64,000 nt of DNA. Origin: Antedon mediterranea. Lineage: Eukaryota > Animalia > Echinodermata. The DNA lies in contig NC_092676.1 of the NCBI RefSeq assembly GCF_964355755.1, forward strand, positions 8,285,888-8,349,887. Reading direction: 5' to 3'. A model generated the notes under the pieces. The model was not told where the DNA came from. It made no database searches and saw only the letters and a list, made by a program, of their open reading frames with translations. This document shows, piece after piece, positions 26,294 to 38,066 of the stretch (position 1 is its first letter; each line of letters opens with the position of its first letter). A program made the translations under genes and the position numbers.

Positions 26294-29200
26294 GAGCCAT
26301 TGTCTGTAAGAATCAAAGAAATATCAAAAAAAGTGGCAGACTCAAAAAAATGGATTTCTTTCAAATTTTGCACATGGCTATATATGTGTTGAGAGAAATC
26401 AAATATGAAGTATTTTTTATTTCACACGTATATTTCCATGGCAACGGCCAAATTTGTGTTTTTGACAAATTTTGTCCTTTTTTAAGGTTTTTTAAAATGG
26501 ATATTGGTACTACTTTGATGAACGATATTTTTGTGTTGTTCATTCAATTATAAAAAATAATTAGTGTATGCATAATAACAATGCATTGTGTACCTGTTTC
26601 AAATTTTTTTATTTTTTTTTATTTTATACTTTGGGAGATACCATTTATTTAAAAAGGGGTGTTTTTCACTTTTTTTAAATTGTTCAATGCAACTAAACTT
26701 TACTTCACCATAACGCCCAAAGTGGTGTATTTTTTTAGCTGATTTATTACAAATAGGTAGTTCTAATGTTTAATAATTGATTTCTAAAATAAAATACTGG
26801 GGTAAATTTAAAATCTACAAGCAGTGTTGCGAGAAACATAGGCATTTTTATAAAAAAAAAAACATGGTATATTAGTAAAAACATTTTATTTTCTTTGATT
26901 ATTTGATTTGAAACTCATTGGTCAGAAAAATTCTTAATGTTTTATATAGTTCTAGTTGTGTTGTGAGAAAAAAAAATTAATTTTTAATTATAGATTCTGT
27001 AATTCCCAGTTTTCATGTCATTTTATAGGTTATATCCTCTGGAAATTTGAATAAATTATCAGATCGTTGTGAATTTTAATCTTTGCAACAGATTACTCCT
27101 CTCTTATTTTGAAGCTCCTCTTTCATTTGTTTACTTCTTTTATTTGCTAACCTAAGCAGATCCCACATGCCCATCCACCACCACTTTCGACTACCACCCC
27201 TCTCCCCCCCCCCCACCCCAACTATAACCACAAAAAGATAAACTGCAACACTTTGGTCGATCATCCACTATAGAGTGTCAAATGCATGCATTCAAGCACC
27301 ACCCACACTGCCGCTACCATCGCCCCAATGAGTAGACGGATTCAAACTCCTCCATCCCACTCCATCCCACCCCTCCCCCTTTCTCCAAGCCCCCACCCAC
27401 CCCAAGTTAAAAATTGCAATGCAAAAGATAGGACATAAAGTTAAGTTTTTAGACCCTCGCCTTCAACCACCTAACTATTTAAAAGTCCTTGATCCACCAC
27501 TTTCCCCTCCCCAAAATAGAACCAATCAAAAGTCAATGATATACTCAGGTATGTTAATGCTACATAACAAATATTGAAGCCCTGATTTGAAATTTCATTT
27601 CATTTAAGGTCAGCATGTAAAATATCACACTTTATTATTAAATATTGGTTTTAAATTCTATATTTGTTTTACTGTGATGGTTGGATTCATTATTAATTAT
27701 TAATTAATAATTATCTGATAATTATTTAATTTCCCTTAGTTATGCATAGCAACAGTTACTATGGTAACTAAAAATGAGATATTCTTTAGATTTTGCATAT
27801 TTATCTCATACAAATTTAAATTTGTAGATTATTAGCAGGCATGCCTTATTTGCATTTTCAAATTACCGTTTCACAAGGTCATATTCGTAAGCACTTTCTT
27901 CTGTGATTATTTTTATTCATGAAAACCCCATATTTTATTTACAGCGGCCACCTCCCTTAACGGACGCACTTTGAAAAGCCTGTTTGTTCTTCCTATCTAA
28001 TTAGTGCATTTGGTGCTTACCGTAAGCAGCTGCGGGCACCTTTTTATACTAAAAATGAGATTTTTTGTAAGCGGCCAATCGAAAAATGTGATACTTATTG
28101 CATGGACCTATGAATTAGAGGTGCATGTTTATTGTATTTCTTTATATATTAGCTTTATTTTGAAGAGGTTTTAAAAACATTACTGTGAAGAGATGAGAAA
28201 ACTACACAGATTTTGACCGACCATTTTTCATATGATAAAAGTTTTTAAAATTTGTCTGAAAATGCTAAAAAATACTAAACCACCTGATTATAAATAATAA
28301 TAGGCCTACAATTAGCTGGAAAATTGAGACGCTCGTTTCGTTAAGAATATCGTATATAGCCATAATAAGTGATTTTGGCCCTTTATCGGCAGAACCTCCC
28401 GTAAGGGGTCACCGCCCGTAAGCGGCCACTTTTCCAGGTCCCGAGGGTGGCCACTTACGGGAGGTTCAACTGTATTTAAAAAAACAATTATCCTTAGTTA
28501 CGCATAGAAACAGGTTCTAAGATAACATAAATAATACATTTTGACATAACTTGACCCAACAAATGACCCTTTCACAAGGTCAGACATTTTCTGGGATTCA
28601 GTAGATAAGTAAATTTGGGAAGTTAGTAAAGCTATGTATTCAATTGTTTGTAGTCATGAAACCCCATATTAAAAATATTGTACTTAGTTACGTATAGAAA
28701 CAGTTGCTACAATACACTATAGGTAAAACGTTGATGTCATTTTACCTCAATATGTAAATTTTTTTTTTTTTCAGGAAACTCCATATTTAAATATCATTTG
28801 TTACATAAACAGGTTTAAGATAACACTAAACGCTTTTTTACCTTCATTCAGATTCGTCAAGACTTTCTTTCTGAGATTATTAGGATTCAGTATTTAAAGT
28901 AAATTTGGCAAAAAGTAGAAATGTAAAACTATGTAGAAAAAATGTTTTGTATTTATGAAAAACCCCTTATTTTTTTTAAATGTTCGCATAGAAACAGTTA
29001 CTATGGTAAAATGTTGACCTCAAAATGAATGAATTTACAAGGTCAAGTTTGTCATTAATGGAATGCAGTAGAAGTCAAATTGGGAAAAATTACAAATGCA
29101 ATCAATTCTTTGTATTTATAAAAACGCAATTTTTTACGTTTTTTTTTAAATTACTTTCCTTAGTTACACATAGAAATGGTTGCTAAGGTAACACTATAGG

Positions 29201-30162
29201 TAAAATATAAAAATTGTTGAGAATTGTTATGAACTATCTTGTAAATTTTGATCAAACATTAATAGTTGTAGTAAAGTGGGGACCTGTCCTGTTTTGCATT
29301 CTGACCCCTTTTGACCTCAAATGACCTATTTACAAGGTCAGATTTTTTGGGAGGTCTTTGTATCTCTTTACACAAAATAGATTTAAAAATTTATAAAAAC
29401 CATTGACTCAATTATTTCCAAGTTTAACATTATTTTCCATCAACTAAATATTTCAATGCAAAATACTGTTTTTCTGGCAATTAATTGAAATAAACCTGGC
29501 AACACATTCTCCTATTTTATCTAAACTATTCGTATGACTCTAGTAGCATTATGACAAGCCATATATACATTTTATTATTGAATTAGCCATATTTAAATTG
29601 TGTTTCATGTGTTTTGTTTGTTGATATTTTCCTGGCAACACAAAACCTATGTACGAAATTTACCCCAGTGTTTTTTTCGTGATTATTGTTGACAAACCTA
29701 TTGACTATCAAATTAAAAAACCTCATTGATTTAAAAACACCACTTTGGAAGTTATAGGTACGTTTATGAGGTATACTTTTATAAAAAAAATATTTTTTAA
29801 AAACACCCCTTTTTAAAATAATGGTATCAACCAAACTCCATTTTGTAATTTATTTTTTTTCTACATTAAATGGAACTCAATACATGTTGTTTACACTGCT
29901 ATAAACAAAAACTGTATACTGTAAGTATTTTTGGTTAAAATAGTATACAAGTTTGTACTTTTTCACTATAGAAAATCTGTGAAAAATGGCAAAAACATCA
30001 AAATTTGGATAATTGACCGTTGTCATGGCAACGGAGGCTAAAAATTAAAATGAATGTTGTAGATATGCTTTTTATTGAAATGTCTATTCATGGTAAAAAT
30101 TTGAGAGAAATCCATTTTTTTACATCTGCCACCAAATCTTTGATTTTTACAGACAATGGCTC
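26294..30162 (+). mobile_element. Kolobok-like non-autonomous DNA transposon, full length (3.87 kb)
   Basis: TTAA|GAGCCATTGTCTGTAA ... TTACAGACAATGGCTC|TTAA with long imperfect subterminal inverted repeats; no transposase ORF. Confidence 0.8.
27942..28472. mobile_element. Tigger/pogo-like MITE nested in the Kolobok-like element
   Basis: Right end CTTACGGGAGGTTCAACTG|TA with repeated TAAGCGGCCAC motifs; left end partly deleted. Confidence 0.6.
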
Positions 30163-30952
30163 TTAATATCTGAGCCAAACATTCAGGAACATGTCCAACA
30201 TCAGCACCATCCAATGAACATACCTTGATTGCATTTCTTGTTTTATTTGACGGTGAATCATAGGACTGTTTTTTTGCTTTTTATATTGTTTTTTAATTGA
30301 GTATATTAAACATAATTTCATGGTTGAAAAAATGTCTCAAAAGTCATATTATTGTAGTAGAAATTCACAAAATTTACAGCATTCATTTCGAAAAGAAGAC
30401 CTCTCTACAGTTTGTTTGTTTGTTTTGTTTATTAATTCTTTTCCACACACATCAATATATATTTTACTTAAATATTCAGATTTAAAAAAAGTATGATGAG
30501 TGTGGAAGGTGACCAAATAAGTTGAAAACTTTAGGATATGGTCACCTTCGTTAATCAGTATTTAGTTTGGATACCCAGACAAGCACACGGGAGAAAAATT
30601 ATCACTTAAACAATAATTACAGATAAATATACGAAAATGATAAAACAAATGAAGCGTTCAAGTTAGAAACCATTAATTGTAACAGGAGTCGATCAGATTA
30701 CAGACCGACCGAGTTAAGTTGAACGCATCAAAAAATAATATTTAAAAACAAAATAAATAAATAAAATTAAGAAATATAGTAAAAAATTATAGAATATATT
30801 ATGTAAATCCAAATATAAATAATTTACAATTCATTTTAAACTCTTTAAATCCAATACAAAAAATATAAAAAGAAGGAAAGAGGAGACTACTCACCATACA
30901 CTGAGACCAAGAGGCTTTTATAATGATATTTAAATGATGAAAGAGAATGTTT

Positions 30953-31415
30953 ATTTTTAGTCGCGTGGAAGCGACTCTATAGTTCACTATGTCGGTCGGT
31001 CGGTCTGTCGGTCTGTCGGTCCGGTATCACTATGCGTTTTATCGCTTTCTGACCTTATCTTGATATCAGTTTAATCTAGCTAGGTCAATTTTTCACAGTA
31101 TATTCCCTATGGCCAGGAATCGATGTGGTTATGTTTTCACGGTGCGCAATAAAAAATTACGCGGTCTACTCACGATTTAACGAAATCACGTTTGTAATCA
31201 TATCTTCACAACCATGAATCACAATTAAATAAAATTTGGTACTCGTAAATTTCAGGGCTTACATCATCATATGGCAATACAATTACGTGCGCATGCATGC
31301 GTACGCGCGCTTAACATTTTCAAAATTTATTTTCTATGAAATAAGACTACGTTTCAGGCAATTTTAAGCGTTTACAAAATTGCCATGAGTGCGCATATTT
31401 TTGCGCGCGCACTGT
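30953..31415 (+). mobile_element. Helentron-associated (HINE/DINE-1-like) element fragment
   Basis: TTTTTAGTCGCGTGGAAGCGACTCTATAG subterminal hairpin followed by a (GTCG/GTCT)n microsatellite. Confidence 0.65.
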
Positions 31416-31738
31416 CAAACAAAGCCATAAAATGGCGGCGTGTGCATTTTTAACTCCCGAGTCGTAAACATAAATTTTCTAAAGTAAGGCCTAAGATTAG
31501 TTTGTAAAATAATTGTCTAATTAAAGGAATAATAGTCAATACAAATAAAGTTTCTAGTTGTGAACACAAGCTCAGCTTGCCTACTCGTTTTCTTTGAATG
31601 TATAGGCGACTCCTCCATTTCGCCATTTCCCCGCTACAAATCGAAGTTTAAAGGCCCATTTACACTAGGGCGATAACGATCGACGATAAAAAGATAAATA
31701 TGCATTTTCCATACCTAAAACAAAAGATTTTAAAAAGT

Positions 31739-31960
31739 TTTCATCCTAGAACTATGGGATTATCATCTATGCTGTCTTTGATGAAAATAATATTTCCACA
31801 CGTCCAATCAAATGACGTCATGATTAGTAAGAGCAATAATATCGTTACAATACAACGATTTTATTGTTTTATTGATCATGACGTCATTTGATTGGACGTG
31901 TGGAAATATTATTTTCATCAAAGGCAGCATAGATGATAATCCTATAGTTCTAAGATGAAA
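31739..31960. mobile_element. Palindromic foldback MITE
   Basis: Arms of about 85 bp are nearly perfect reverse complements. Confidence 0.75.
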
Positions 31961-32340
31961 AGCTAGAAATGTTGGAATTAAAAGAGTTTAATGGGAGATC
32001 AGGGGGACGATAAATTACACTCAGTACTATATTTTGAGGTTTAGCATTTAATTCAACAAAAATAGATTCAGAGTTAGAGGAAATAATAGAACTGAGATCA
32101 TTACGTAACGTGTGTTGAAACCTCTGGTCCAAGTATATGGTTACACCGCCCCCATGTCTTTTACTTCTTGAAGATTGCAGTAAACCTATATCTAGAAATA
32201 TTATAAAAAGAAAAGTTGGTTTTGGTTTAGTTAAAAATAGTTTCTGTGAAACATAATGCTTTAAAAGTATGATTTATAGCACTTAAGAAATTATTAACGT
32301 CATTAAAATGTTTAACTAAACTACGTACATTCATATGAAA
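31961..32340 (-). mobile_element. LINE (CR1/L2-like) endonuclease fragment
   Basis: ESIFVEL..NIVLSVIYRPP, with GGVTIY upstream. Confidence 0.75.
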
Positions 32341-32639
32341 TAAGCTAGTCATCTGACTAACTGTTTTTTAATTGGTATATTAAACATAATTTCATGGTTG
32401 AAAAAATGTCTCAAAAGTCATATTATTGTAGTAGAAATTCACAAAATTGACAGCATTCATTTCGAAAAGAAGCCCTCTCTACAGTTTGCAAAAGTACTCT
32501 CGAAAAGAAGCCCATCTCGAAAAGAAGCCCATCTCGAAAAGAAGCCCATCACGAAAACAAGCCCACCCAAGAGCACTAAAAAAAGAAGAAGCCCATGGGC
32601 TGCTTTTTGAGGTTTTACGGTATAGGCCTACATGTTGTA

Positions 32640-33107
32640 AAACCTTTTTAAATGTTATATACCTTTTTAAATGTTATATACCTTTTTAAATGTTATATAC
32701 CTTTTTAAATGTTATATACCTTTTTAAATGTTATATACCTTTTTAAATGTTATATACCGTACCTTTTAAAACGTTATATACCTTTTCAAATATTATATAC
32801 CTTTTTAAATGTTATATACCTTTTTAAATGTTATATACCTTTTTAAATGTTATATACCGTACCTTTTAAAACGTTATATACCTTTTTAAATGTTATATAC
32901 CGTACCTTTTAAAACGTTATATACCTTTTTAAATGTTATATACCTTTTTAAATGTTATATACCTTTTTAAATGTTATATACCTTTTTAAACGTTATATAC
33001 CTTTTAAAACGTTATATACCTTTTTAAATGTTATATACCTTTTTAAATGTTATATACCGTACCTTTTAAAACGTTATATACCTTTTCAAATATTATATAC
33101 CTTTTAA
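32640..33107. repeat. 19-bp minisatellite AATGTTATATACCTTTTTA (right part)
   Basis: More than 20 tandem units, some with a TACCG expansion. Confidence 0.95.
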
Positions 33108-34440
33108 ACTAATTCATTGCATATTACTGTGTTATGCTCACTAGGGCTGGCATGAATTTATTTATTTATTTCTACTTTTAATACTTTTATTTATATCATC
33201 CTTATATTGAATAAAGACACTGTCAAACTGTATGAAGTATAACTGATAATAAAGTTTGGTTCTAGCTAGGACGCAACGCAAGGCTGTAAGCTGAGATGAC
33301 CAATGACAAGCGACAGTTCTTGTGTTGTGCTTACGTCTTTACGATTGCGTCCTAGTGGGAACCATGCTTAAATGATGGTAGTGTTGAATCTAACCCAAGT
33401 AACGTACTGTACATCATTAATACAACATCACAAATAATTGTTACTAGTTTTAAACCATTTAATACCATCTTGATAACTAACTTGGAAAAAGTCATTATTT
33501 GATATTAAAAAATAGGGATGTGATTTCTATGAATGGCTGTCAAATTTTGTGGAAAAGGGCTTCATTAATTTTGTATAGATTGTATAAACAGAAGTGAGTA
33601 TACAAACTTTGAATGCAAAATGATTTTCCTGTGTCTAGATTTAATCTGAAAGTATTGGAACAAAAAAAAATAATAACAATTACTGTATGACTTTGTACTG
33701 AACGTTTTATTTATTTTGAACTTATTTTATATTTATAATTTAAAAGAAACCCCATTTTCTGGGTTAAATAGAGAAGTGATTAAGACTAAAAAATACAAAA
33801 CTGGTTGGTAGGATGAACCTCAAAACTTTAATAAAAAGTATTAACAGAAGAAAGACGAATTCAATATAATAATAAAGTTGGAGGATTAATAAATATATGT
33901 TTATTTCTAATATGTAGTATTAGAAATAAACGAATTATCAATTATGCACATATCATAATGGCTTTGAAGAAGCAATGGTTGTTGTACAGGAAGTTCAAAA
34001 TACTCAAGTGGAACAGCATTGCCAGGTCAGCCAATAAACAACTCACAACAGTTACCGGAAAGATCAAATCAAAATTTAAGTCGAAGCTTGTTAATTTTTT
34101 ATGGAAATATATGTCAACATCATTATCAAAGCCATTATGTTATATGCATAATTGATAACAATGCACTTTATTATTTTGTTGTCACAACTTCAAATCGATA
34201 TATTGAATTCAGGCTGTTCGTCTTTTTCAGGGTCTTTCACACCTGAAAATAAATAAACCAGAGTAGGTGTGAAAGAGGCTTTAGATAATATGAGCTTTTT
34301 TAGGGAAATCTCCCAGATTTGTGTACTATTAGTTTAAATTGTAAATATCTTTTCAATTATTATTTTCTTAGTTTTTATGAACTTTCTTGTATATATTCCC
34401 ACCCCTTTAACAGCAGGCTGATTGCTTCCTGGACCCTCCG
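33060..34440. repeat. Segmental duplicate of about 9765-11185
   Basis: Colinear similarity; ORF-track shadows 10693-10878 and 33958-34155 are homologous. Confidence 0.85.
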
Positions 34441-35433
34441 ATCCTTACGGTTGACGTTTATAAGAAAAATGATAACTGTTTACTTCTTTTTTTTTTTTCA
34501 TTTCTGACTTGTTGCTTAATGTTGATTAGTTTTTTGATGTTTTTTATAATTGTTTGTACTCTACTCTTTTTTTTTTCCATTTTTCTCCTCAACGCCATTA
34601 ACTTACAACATGGCAAAGCTAAGTTTGGGGGTTGTATTGCGTTAAGGATTATCTTAACTGTGATTGAATGAATATTGGTCCCCTTTATGAATCGTTTGAC
34701 GGTGGATGATCTTAATTTTGGATGAATCTTTGGTCCTCTTTATGTTTTGTATGGTGTTGGGTCTTAACTTTGATTGGATGAATCTTTGATCACTTCCTTT
34801 CAATCTTTTATAGACTTATAGTGACGTTCAACCTGTGTACTTTCTCTGAACAATGATTTTTTTTTTCTGCTGTTAATATTTAACTATGCGATTTTGCTTA
34901 ATACACACTTTTAAGTGTTACGCATTGTATAACATCATAATATAATACATAAAAATTGTATTTCTTCTGTTTTGTCTTACTATCGGATGTTCGTTTTATT
35001 TGGACCTCATTTTAAGCATTGCTTACAGTGCGGTGGGGTTTTCCCATTACGTAATCCTAATGTTTTATCAGCAACGTTATAGCACTAGGGTGTTCTTTTT
35101 TTTGTTTTTGGTAGAAATATGTTTTATGAATTTCTTACAAGATTAAACTAGCGTTGGTAAATGATGAACTGGATCTAGTTTAGGTGCGATAATGATGTCA
35201 GTTTAGGGTGACCCTTACCAAAGCTGAATGCCTTTGCTTACTAGCATTCGAATGCTACTCCTGGAATGCTATTATTGGCATTCGAAGGGCTATACTTAGC
35301 ATTCGAATACTAGTGGTATATAAGTATTCAATGATTGAATTTAGCCTTCGAATGCTTCTTAGCATTCGCTAAGCCTTCGCTAAGCCTTCCAGGGAGCCGA
35401 ATTATTTAAATGAGCTTAAGCATGCGAATGATA

Positions 35434-35604
35434 GCACTAGCATTCGAATGCTAGTGGGTGAATGCTACACTAGCATTCGAATGCTAGTGGGTGAATGCTA
35501 CACTAGCATTCGAATGCTAGTGGGTGAATGCTACACTAGCATTCGAATACTAGTGGGTGAATGCTACACTAGCATTCGAATGCTAGTGGGTGAATGCTAC
35601 ACTA
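35434..35604. repeat. 33-bp tandem repeat containing the palindrome CACTAGCATTCGAATGCTAGTG (about 5 copies), within a GCATTCGAATGC-rich element starting near 35212
   Basis: Direct reading; the spacer GGTGAATGCTA is invariant. Confidence 0.9.
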
Positions 35605-38066
35605 ATACTATGCAAACTAGTGAGAAAATTAAATGTTAGCAGGGAAATGCTACATAGCATTACGCTACAGTATTGTAATAGGAATTCATGATTGCAACAA
35701 AACAAGTTAAAACTCTCATCAGACTACTGTACAGTATGTTATGATGTTAAACTAGGACCTAAAATAATAGGCAATTCAACACAATATTCGGGAAAAAAGT
35801 ACAACCCCTTTTTACTTTAATTGTTTTGATATATTAATAAGATGCTTCATTTATCATCTAATGGGGTAAGGACGTTACCTCGCTGAGGTCTTATGTCCCA
35901 CATACCCTACCGTGTTTAATTAATTGTTTAGTACATCTATTCAAACTTTTATTTATTTTTTATTTGTTGTTCAAGCAACTCGCTTCTACTTTGGCATTAT
36001 TCTCCGAGAATCAGTCTGAAAGATAACAAAAATCAAGACAATTATTTGCAAAGGAGACTTGTTTCTTTATGTACAGTCAGTATATAGCAGATAAAACTGA
36101 ATTATGCACTATTAGTCTAGTCTGTAGGAGGACTATTAATTTATTTAATATTTACCCTTTGAAATAAATACTTGTTGTGTTACTGTTTGTATTCATTTCA
36201 AATGTTGGAATTAGGAAATAATCTGCCATGGCATAAAAAATGCCTCCACCATCCCATGGTCTTACATGGGTCTTATAATAAAATAAATGATGCCAGAGTG
36301 AAAACTGCTTTTATTTAAAAGTGCTTTTATATAGTTTAGTTAGCCCTCCTCTTTGATCAGTGATACAATGTGGTAGCTAGATTATAATATAACTAGCCGA
36401 TGTACGTATTAATGAGGAACAGTGATCGAGGGCTTAACACTAACAGTCACAAAACAACAATTATTTTTGTTTTACGTTTGAAAGTCTCCATCTTAAACCC
36501 ATTTTATAAATCCCAAATTTATCCAAAGATTATTTTATTTTTGTTTAAATTTGTGTTTGTTTTATATAAGCTTAGATATTAAATTTTAAAATGTCTTAAA
36601 TATAAATGTATAAGGATAGGCCTACTATTACCGATCGACTAACTAGAGTTCAAATAATGCATCGCTTGTGATTGGTCAAATACTTTATTTTTATTTATAT
36701 TCTTTTACTTTACTTGGCTTTCTGTGAATATGTCATGTATATGGTTTTACTCTGCTCTTATGTTATTATTGCGATTAAATATTCTTCCCTATATTGAAAT
36801 AAATGAAAAAACGCCTGTTCTATCAAAACCTCAACCAATGCTCATGGCTGTTAGTAGGACTCCAAACCTTCAGTATAACGTATTAACAGAAAACAAAACA
36901 TGTTTAATTCAAAAGGATAATGATTAATAATGTAAGTTGTGATGCAGGAAGATAATATAACACGTGCATTTCTAATATTGTGTGATAAATCGGGAAGTTT
37001 TGCAAAATATCTTTTTACAAATACTATTGGTGGCGCACTGTCACATTGCATTGATACTGTTTGACTGGCAATCGTGTAAATTTGCATATAAGGTGAAGCA
37101 TATAATGAATTGGTTTCGGCAGATGATTAGTTGTTGTCGTTTCTTTCTTTAAGATGTGATTTTTTGCCAATACTTTAATTAAGGTGATATATTGTATACG
37201 TTCTAATAATATGAAAGTTGTAACAATGTATTTATTACAACGAATGAAAGTTGTTATTGTTGTTGTTGTTTATTGTTCATTATTTTGTAACAGTACCGTT
37301 CGATCATGGAGGTATATCTCAATGTTTCGATAATTTCTCTTATTCTGCTTTATGACTACAAACGTAATAAGTTGTGATTATCAATGCATTTTTACTCTTT
37401 TTAATACAGCTTTGCCCTATTGTCCTTGTTGAAGGTAATACATGAATTTGGTGTTATGGATCCAGGTATTAAAGTCCCATTCCCTACGTTTTTTTATCTA
37501 ATCTAACTACATTTAATGTAAAAATAAATACTATATGGTCATATTGAGATAACAATTTTTGTCTTTAAACGGTTAAAAATGTGAAAAATAACTCAATTCT
37601 AATAATTTAAATCCCAACATGCATTGCTCAGGATTGATATTTTCTTCTTTTTTTCTGTATCTCACCCACTTTTCGATCGATTGTTAAGCCAAAACAAATG
37701 GAAAACTCCTAACCTTTCAGCGAAAATATCGGGTTTTCCCCAATTTGTATCAACAGGTTGTGGCAAAAACAGAAAGACAAAAATTCAGCAACTATATACA
37801 ACATCAGGCTAGGACTATAGCTAGCGTACGATGTTCGTACGTTACCGATGTTTACCAGCTAGGCCTACAAAACTAAGCCTAGCTAGACTAGGCCTAAAGA
37901 CCATCCACGAGAGGACATTCACCGTGAACTAGGTAGCGCATTATTGTATCTCTCTTTTATCATAACCAAATTGTAGAGAATGGGTTTTTATGTTTGAACT
38001 TAGTTATAATGTTATTCTTTATATCACTATAGTATAATCAATAGTTACTGACCATGTTATAGTAAA

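Larger units (their letters stand above)
25829..32620. mobile_element. Tc1/mariner(pogo)-like MITE carrying nested insertions
   Basis: TA|CCGTAAAACCTC ... GAGGTTTTACGG|TA, with subterminal GAAAAGAAGCCC repeats; related copy at 63460-63926. Confidence 0.8.

Noticed and set aside
35434-35639. Palindromic repeat as a CRISPR array, or ORF 35448-35639 as a protein
   Set aside because: Spacers are identical, and the ORF is a by-product of a 33-bp repeat unit.
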